From Candidatus Omnitrophota bacterium (GTDB taxonomy: Bacteria > Omnitrophota > Gorgyraeia > Gorgyraeales > Gorgyraeaceae), in contig DNHS01000011.1 in NCBI GenBank assembly GCA_003485765.1, positions 9,929 through 73,928 of the forward strand: a DNA stretch of 64,000 nt, given 5' to 3'. Below are positions 53,301 to 62,300 of this stretch, piece after piece. Each line of letters opens with the position of its first letter. Position 1 is the first letter of the stretch. The notes beneath the pieces were generated by a model. That model saw only the letters and a list, made by a program, of their open reading frames with translations, was not told where the DNA came from and made no database searches. Both the position numbers and the translations under genes were made by a program.

Positions 53301-56300
53301 AAGAAGGTTTTAGAGGCGCTTGGTATTGAGATTTCAAAGATAGAAAAAATTATCATTACCCACGCAGATATGGACCACGCTGGTGGAGCGCTTAACCTTG
53401 CAAGAGAATCTGAAAAACCTGTATATGTTCACAGAGATTTTCAAAAAATCCTAAAGAGCAGATTTCATTACAAAGCTAATAATCAAGATGAACATTTATT
53501 AGATTATCTTTGCACAATGGTATTTAAGATAATGAGCGATTTTAGAGAGCCAGATGGAATTAAAAATATCTTTTATTATAAAGAAAGCTCAGTATCAAGA
53601 GAATTTGGAGGTTTAGGATTTAATATGCTGGCCGAAGAAGGATTTGGAGATACTAAGATTCTGGTTTTAGAGGCAGGGGGCCATACGCAGGATGGCATAA
53701 TTATTATGCTTACTGATAATAAATATAACCCGCTGGGGATAATAAGCGGAGATGTGTGTATACCCAAAACGATTAAACCTGAACAGGCGCGGTTTGTATT
53801 TACTTTACAAAGATTATCAGGACAGCTTAATTTGGATGAAGGTACACTAAAGAAAACAGAAGAAGCGCTTTTAAGCGTAGAAGGTATCCGCATCTGGCCT
53901 GGCCACGGGAAAAGTTATATGACAGGAAAAAGAATCGACAGGGATTTATCTGATGCTGCACGGATGCCATTGTTGCAACCGTTTTATGATAGATTTGGCT
54001 CAGGATGGGTCGGACAGGCGTTAATGCCGACTCTTATAGAATCTGTATTAGGAGGAATACTTTTTACAACAATCATTAATTTGCTTGGGACATTTATCTT
54101 TGGCATACCGTTTTCTTTCGGCCCGCCGTCTCAAGAGATACTATTTGGTTTTTTCCTGCTATTTCATTTGCTTCATCTGCCGGGAGCGCTCGCAGAAGTG
54201 CCTGGCGCTACAAACCTCCAACAGCTCAAATTCGCATTCTCCGGTGGAAAACTCCTCACAACATTACCTGCCTTTATCCTGGTCGCATTAGGTCTGCTTG
54301 ATCCGATGAGCGGGCTTATCCTTCATACCATACTTCATTTTGTTGAGAATATTTTTTGGAGGGATATAAATAAGCATTACAGAATTGTATCCAGGGATTT
54401 AAATTCTTCCTGGGGACGGAATTTGATAGAAAAACAGTATGAATCAATGGAGATAAATTCGAGTCTATATCAGCTATTCTTTATATTAATTTTGCCGTTT
54501 TACGCGCTTAAAAAACTATTACAGCATGTATCTGTCGCAACTATAGAAGGGATTAAAGAGGCGTGTGGTCAGTTAAGTAAAGGTTACAGCGAAGCTGGAA
54601 AAAAGCTGCCACAGGGTTTTAGTTATCTTGATGAGCTGGAAAAAGACGATATAATTGCTACCATAAAACTGGTAAATCCGGAGGTGATTACGCCGCACGA
54701 AAAGGCCGCTGACGCAAGCGAATTATATAAAGTTATTGCAGCTACAGGCATATTCTCATGGCCAAGGGTTCTTATATTTTCCCAGATAAAATATGATAAA
54801 AAAGAAGACAGGTTTGTGAAATTAGACGACAGTTTATTGCTTGATTTTATTATGGATACGCCGGTCCCTAAATTTATTATAGCAGAATTTTTTATACGAA
54901 ATTTTATAACACCATTTCTTTTATTTGCGTTAAATTCCCGCTTTAGCGCAGTTTTTGTAAGAAGGTCTATTCTACATTCAGGTTTCTTCTCGTGGCCCAT
55001 AATAGTTGCCAAGGCGCCCACGGGCAGTCTGTATGAATATGTGATAGTAGATGGGACCAATCGCTGGAATGTGGCAAGGATATTGGGATTAGAATTGGTG
55101 CCTGTGCAGGTTGTTGATTATGAGGCAGAAGAACCGGCTACAGGAAAAAAATTAATCAAGATTGGGCGATGGGACATGCTTGCAAGGATTAAACCGTCGG
55201 ACTGGGAAGAATTTAAGGTTTTTTGTAAAAGCGAAAGAATTGGTTTATTTGAGATGACGGACCTTAATCAGAGTATTGGAGAATTTAATGGAGCGCCATT
55301 TGCAAGGTTCTGCTATGTGGATGAAAATGACAAGATCGCTTGGTATGCATTAGGAGACCCGGGGGATAGAAGTATAATTAATAGCGGTTCCCATGGTTTT
55401 AAAAAGGCGTTTAATTTGGTGTACGATTATATGCTGGCTAAATGGATTCATGAGGGCATTGCCAGAGACAAAATACCCAATGCTCACGAACTTGACATTT
55501 CAAAAATGCAAAAAGGAGATCTCCTAATCTTGCGGCCTATGTTGACAAAAGAGGAGATACTTGCTTCCGCAAATACAGGAGCGTGGATAGGAGTTAAGAC
55601 AGAGCGTCATGTATTGGATGGGCTTATCGGCAGGGTAGTTGGAGGGGTTGCAGTGCCGCTAACCACCCTTATGGGATTAGATGGAAGTCCAGATGAGGTT
55701 AATATGAAATTACATAATGACCTTGCCAATGCAAGATGGGTAAGATTTCATAAAGATTCATGGCTGGATAGATTTTACGGCGAAAGTACCCTTGCTCCAG
55801 AATTTCCTTTTGGTATAAAGACCAGTCTGATATTTAAGGATGTTTCCAATGGCTTTGTTCTTCAGTTTAAAGGGTATAGGGATATAGGCAGGCTTATTTT
55901 CAATCTCCGGAATTTCTTTAAACTACCATGGTTAGCTGCAGCGCTAAGCTCTTTTGCTATAGTGCCGTTTGATAATCTTAACCCTTCAATTTTACTTGAT
56001 AGTTCTACAATAGAAAGTTTATTCAGTATAAATATTATCTTTGTATTTTTAGGCATATTCGCATTAATTATTTTAACCCTCACCCCTCTTAACCCTATTG
56101 CCGGGATAGGGCTTTACAGGCTCCTTCAGGCGCCTTACAAAATTGCTCCACAAAAGTTTACCACAACATTAAGCAGAAAACAGTGGGAAGATTTTCGCAA
56201 TCCCCACTGGATTTATTCTATTTCTAACATCTTTCCTTCTGGAGTGAAAATGCTGGCAGAGAGATTTCTTTGGACTACCTTTGTTCAACAACAGGTGATA

Positions 56301-59300
56301 AGGCTTATACTGGATGAATTTAGGCCAGAAGCAACCGCTCAATCCCATTTTTTTGGCAGGCTATACAGCAATCTTATAATAAATTCGATTAAACTATTAC
56401 GCCCGAAACTTTTAGCTCTGAACATGATTTCTATTTTAGCAGTAATGCTTTTTTCGCCTTCCGGGGCTCTATTTATTCTTAGTATAACTGTGACAGTTAT
56501 TGCAAGTATTATTATGTTTGTCTATGGAGAGCATTTGCGGGCAAGAATTGTAAGGCGCGGTTTTGAGGTAGGCCAATACGCCCATCTTAAAGAGAATTTA
56601 CCCTCTGACAGAGAAATGCCTTTATTTCATAAGGCTTTTGATTTTCTCATTGAGAAGTCTAATGTCTCTATACAAAAACCAGGATTTTTCCGCGACAGCG
56701 GAGACCTTGCTATTTTTCATGTAATGAATGTAGCTGAAAGATTTGCAGGCAGGGTTAAATCTATGAAGCAAAGATATCCTGATCTAAACTGGATATTACC
56801 CGGAAACCTTTCTGGTAAAGATAAAGGTTCTAATTTTGAAGATGAACTTTTTGCCGCAAGCATGTTGCATGACATAATTGAATCTAAACAGGCCACCTTA
56901 GATGAAATTGAGCAGAGATTTGGCAGAAGAGTCCGTTATTATGTACAATTACTGACCAAAGATGATGTGGATGAAAGCCTTCCTCCTGAAGAATTGGAGC
57001 GCGAGGAGGCAAAACGCGATAGAAAATATCTTGAAGGCTTGTATAGCGGAATACATAAGACTCCCCAAAAAGATAAACCCTGGGGATTACCCTGTCTGCT
57101 GATAAAACTTGAAGATAGAATGAGCAATATTGAGACGATAGACGCTTTTAAAGATGAACAAGGAAAGTCCAGCATAGAACGTCAGATAGAATATCTTAAT
57201 GAAACAGTTTCTCTAATGCTTTTTGGCCATTTTGCATATTTATCTATATGTAAAGATGACGGGAGTTTGGAAAAAGCTCTTTTAGATGATGTTTTAAATA
57301 ATCTTAAAGAAAAATTATATGAGAATTATAGGCGTCTTGAGACCTGCGGATTGTCCCAGGAAGAGCTTAAGAAGTTAGCTTTTATAAAAGAAAGACTGGA
57401 AGCAATCGAAAGACTTGCGGAGTTTCACGGGGATATTTTTAAAATAGGTTCTATTTCTATTCCGCTGACATTGGATTATGTTTTATTGGCTGAAGCAAAT
57501 TTTCGTTATTTAAATAAAGAGGACGCTAATAAGAGAAGGCAAAAAGAATTAGCAGTAGGAAATATATTAGAAGCATACAGATTAGCTGGTGTATCTATTT
57601 TGCATGAAGCAAGAGCAAACTGGCCATTACTTGAGGCAGTCGCTATCTTTGATGAGGCTATTACCTGTCAGGCGCAATTAGGTAAAGAAGATTTAAATAA
57701 TGCTCAGGAAATCTTTGCTAAGATAGCTATGCTTATGGAGCCAAGTGGATTTGAAACCCAGTATAAGAATATATTTATAAATAAACGCCCGCAGGAAGAA
57801 GGCCTGAGGTATTTTGTTTTAATAAATCAGCCCTTTGGAAGAGAAAGAGCAATTCTTGCAGTATCTACTCTGCTTCCTGTTGAGGATAGAGACGTTAAGA
57901 AAGCGCTTAGAAGAAATTTAAGAGCTTCTGCAGGATTAAGAGATGTGGAAACGCCTAAAGCAAAAGTTGACAAGATAAGGTCTTATTTAAAGAAGGTATT
58001 AAATTTATTAGAGATATGTGACGAGAATATAGAAAAAACTGTTGATAATGTTTTTAATCATATGAGTTCATTTACTGCAGAAAGAAGACAAGCTTCTCTT
58101 ATGAAATTGTCATGGCTATGCAAGGCATGGGGTGAAATGTCTGATTTAAGAATAGCTAAGCTGCAGGCAGCTATTCTTTTAGGCAATCCACTTCTACATA
58201 GCGCAATATTTTCTAAACAGCAATTACCTGAAGAAGATTTAGAAATAGTAAAAGAGATAGAAGAATATGCCGCTTCCTATTATCGAGGCGGATTTAAAGA
58301 ACTTATGCGGCAAGTATTCCGCAGGTATTTTAGCAGGACTTTAGTAAATGATGAACTAAAAAGCCAGTATAATGAGCTTCTGGCTTTGGCAGGAGATGAT
58401 AAATTCTGGGATTTATTATGGGAGTGTTCTGAGAAAGAAGATTTAACGCCTCCTGACCTTAACCTTCTTTCTGTATGTATTAATGACTGTTTTTCAAATC
58501 TACCCATTGCTACATCAGCGCAAAGAAAAGAGGTTTTTGAAATTATCTCCTGGGCGAAGATGGAGGGATTTTTAAATGAAGCAGTAGGGTTGCTTAGCGA
58601 GAAAGGGATTCCTCGCAAGGGAGATATCCGTCATCCCTTGCTTGTTTTACTCCTTTCTTATTTACAAAATCCAACAGAAGAAAGAAAAGCATTGTTAATT
58701 GGAGTATTAAAAGAACTGGCGCAGCCTGAAACGCATATTAAAGTATCAGAGGTTGAAACAATGTTTAAGACCGATTTAGCTCCACTAATTTCTCTGGCTG
58801 AAGAAAATGAGACTATTGGCAAAGCTTTAAAAATTGCCCATAAGGCTTATAATGGTCGTTTCTTCTTAGGTGGCGCACAAAGATATATTGACCATGCTAT
58901 GCTTTATGCTGCACATGTCCTAAAACTAGCTAAAGAACTTGATTTACCATTATCTATTCAGGAGAACCTTATCTGCGCTGCTCTACTGCATGGTTTAGAG
59001 CAGGATATAGATGGCATAAAAACATATTTGATTAGTGAAGGAGAACTTGATAAAACCGCGGCAGAACATATTGCCAAACTTGCAACAAAGGTAAGAGACG
59101 TTACAAAGATACCTTATTTTCCACCGGAATCAGGGACCTATTTTATCTATAACCATATGAATCTTATAATACAAGAGGCAGCTTCGCCAGAGGTTATGCT
59201 TCTGGCATTCTGCGACCGCTTAGCCAGTATCTCAGTCGTAGGAAATATTCCTTCCAATCTCAAACAATATGCTGACTATGTGATTAGAGAAGCAAAACAA

Positions 59301-62300
59301 ATCTATATTCCCCTTGCTGAAAGGTTAGGATTATCCAGCGTGGCAGGTGAACTAAGAGAGAGGATATTTTTCTTGGAACAAAGAGATGTATATTTAGCTA
59401 CAAGAGAGCGGCTATTAAAATATGAAATGTTTGGCAGGGGAATGGATTATGAGGAAGCTAAGAGAAGATGGGAGGAAGATGAAAGATTGCAACTTGAAAA
59501 TGAGTTGAAAAATTTAGAAACCAGAGTTCCTGGGCTTATAATCGAGACGCTCAGCCTAAGAACAAAAAATATTTATTCTATCAGGGAGAAAACACAGCGA
59601 AAACCAGACGAATATCCTGGCCCAGAGTCTGAAAGGGATATATTTGGAATAAAGATTTTGATTAATTCGAGAGATTATCTTGCTAGGGTATTAGAATTTC
59701 TCTCAAACCGCTATGGTGTAAAGACAGTGGGAGCAGAGGAAAAGCATAGACTATATAAAGTTTATCATCTTAATCTTCAGGATGAGCAGGGTAGATATAT
59801 AGAAATCCAGATATTCTGGGATAAAGCTGAGTATTTGAAAGAAAGAACAGGTGAGTACGCTCACTGGGTAAAGAAAGCAAGTGAAGAAACCGGGGAAAAA
59901 TTTTCTCCTGACAAAGTTGAAAATGATATGGGAAAACTTGTCCCTATTGAACTGACAGGAGATTTCTTTGAAGATTTTAACGCTATCCATGGTTCCCCGG
60001 TTATAAGAAACTGGGTTTACGTAGTTTACCATCCGGATGGCAGAGCCTTAAGGCTAAAGAGAGGCGCTACAAGCGCTGATTTTGCTTCTCTGCCCCGCAT
60101 CGATCGTTTTGATGCCAATTTTAGCGGAATAACTATCGCAAAAACCAGCTTGGATTTAATATCTCCACGTGAAATACAGGATGAAGAGGAACAGGCACTT
60201 CTTATTTATCATGATATGATAAGCGTCGCTATACGTGAGCATCTTGAGAGAGGTTTAAATAATGAAATATCTCCTGGAGCTGAAATTTTGTCTTTTAAGA
60301 AGAAAAATGAATATCTTTTAGGTAGCGAAGGTGAAAAACGTAAAGCAGAAATCGAAAGAACAGCAAAACATCTTCGCACAATTCTTTTGCTTAGGCTACT
60401 TTCATTGAGCAAACCTGCAGAATTTCGGGCTGAAAAAATAGAAAGAGGCAAGAAAGCGCTGGCGCGGACTTTAGGTATTGATATTAAAAGAGATTTTCAG
60501 ATGCGTACTTTTCTAAGGCCGCTTGTTTATCAATATGACTTGGCTGATGCGGATGAATTATATATTTGCCTTGCCTTGGCAGAAGAAGGAGATAGGGCAA
60601 TAAAAGAAAGATTATTTGATTTATCAGATATCAGGGAGATGGCAAAAAATATCGGGCAGGAAATATTAGAGAAGGAAAAGATTCAATTAATGGATAAGGA
60701 TTTAACCAACTTTAATTTTGAATCAAAAGAGCAACTCTATATTGCCCTGGCTACAGGGCAGATTGAGACATCTGAAATCATCAAGCGTAGAACTTCTAAT
60801 AAGGATCTTTTTGTTAAGAATATGTTTGAGAAACAAATTTCATTCGATTGGGCTGCTTTTCGTAGAGGTGAAGATACGTCATTAAAGATCTTAGCCGGAG
60901 CATTTATAGATACAGAACAATATGTCCTTTTATATGATTTAAAGATAATCAAAGGCAAGCATATTATTATCAAGAATGCAAATATTTCTAATCCGCGCGA
61001 TTTTGTTTTATTGGAGTTAGTTATAGGGATGCTTAAAGACCATGGCGCTAAGGTTACAGTATCAGGGCTGCAACTTGCATATTTAGATACTCCAGAAGGT
61101 AGGCTTCATACTGTTATTCTTAAAGGCATTATAGAAAGATTAAGCAAAGGCACGCATGATTTTAAAAAGGCATCTAAAACGCGGCGTATTACACCTAAAC
61201 CAGATCAGATATTATGTCTTGGCGCGCAAAAACAGGGTTTGGCGCAGACACTTGCAGAAAAGTTTAATATAGGATATGCAGAAGTATCAGTAACCCCATC
61301 TGCTGATGAATGGCCACTCGTAACACTCCCTGAGTTACAAAAAAATCTAAAGCATGTTATGCTTGTGGCTGATAGCGCTACTGATGAAGATGTTTTGAAG
61401 ATTCAGTTGACAGTTGCGCTGCTTAAAGCTAAAGGGGTAAAAGAGGTTATTATAGTAGATCCATATATCAGGTATTCCCGCCAGCATCATTTTGAGGTAA
61501 ATAAAATAGGCCAGGCAGGCAGTAATAGTTTCAAGACATTCTTGGATATTCTTGATGGTTTTTCTGGTGGAGATTTTAGAGTCAGCGCGCTCTTTGGCGC
61601 AAATATCCATGCAGTGAAATATGATGATAAGACTGGGGATAGAATATTGGCAGTAGGAGGATATACTGGGGGCATTGATGTTATAGATATAGATGTTTTA
61701 CCTGAAGTTGCCAAATATTTTGTCCAGAAATTTAACTTAGGGCCTAAAAAACTATTTGTGATGGCAACAGATAAAGGTTCTAATTTCTATGCGCAGAATG
61801 TTGTTAACTTTTTGAGAACATTAGGATTAGATGTGGAATTTGTATATGTGAAAAAAATACGTATAAGCGAGACAAAAGTTATATTTGAAAAGCAGATATT
61901 TAGAAAAATCCAAGGAGAAGAAGCAGAAATTGATTTGGATGAATTGAAAGAAGCTGATGTTTTAGTCACAGATGATGAGCTTCGCACTGGAGGCACGCTG
62001 CGTGAATTATGCGATTTGTTAATGAAAGATTTAGAAATTGGCAGGGTCTTTGTGGGCTTTACGCATGCTATATTCTCAAAAGGCCCTGAAGCTTCCAGAG
62101 ATATGTTTAACGATCTCTTGGAACAAGGCAGAATGGCAGCTTCGAATTCTGTCATCTCTGTTACTGAGCGTAATGAAGTCTTGCCTGAAAAGATAAATGT
62201 TGATAGATATATTGTAGACAGTATTTATAGTCATATAGGATCGAATAGCTCTGCAAACAATTTAAAGCAATTAACCCATCACATTATCCCATCCGAACTT

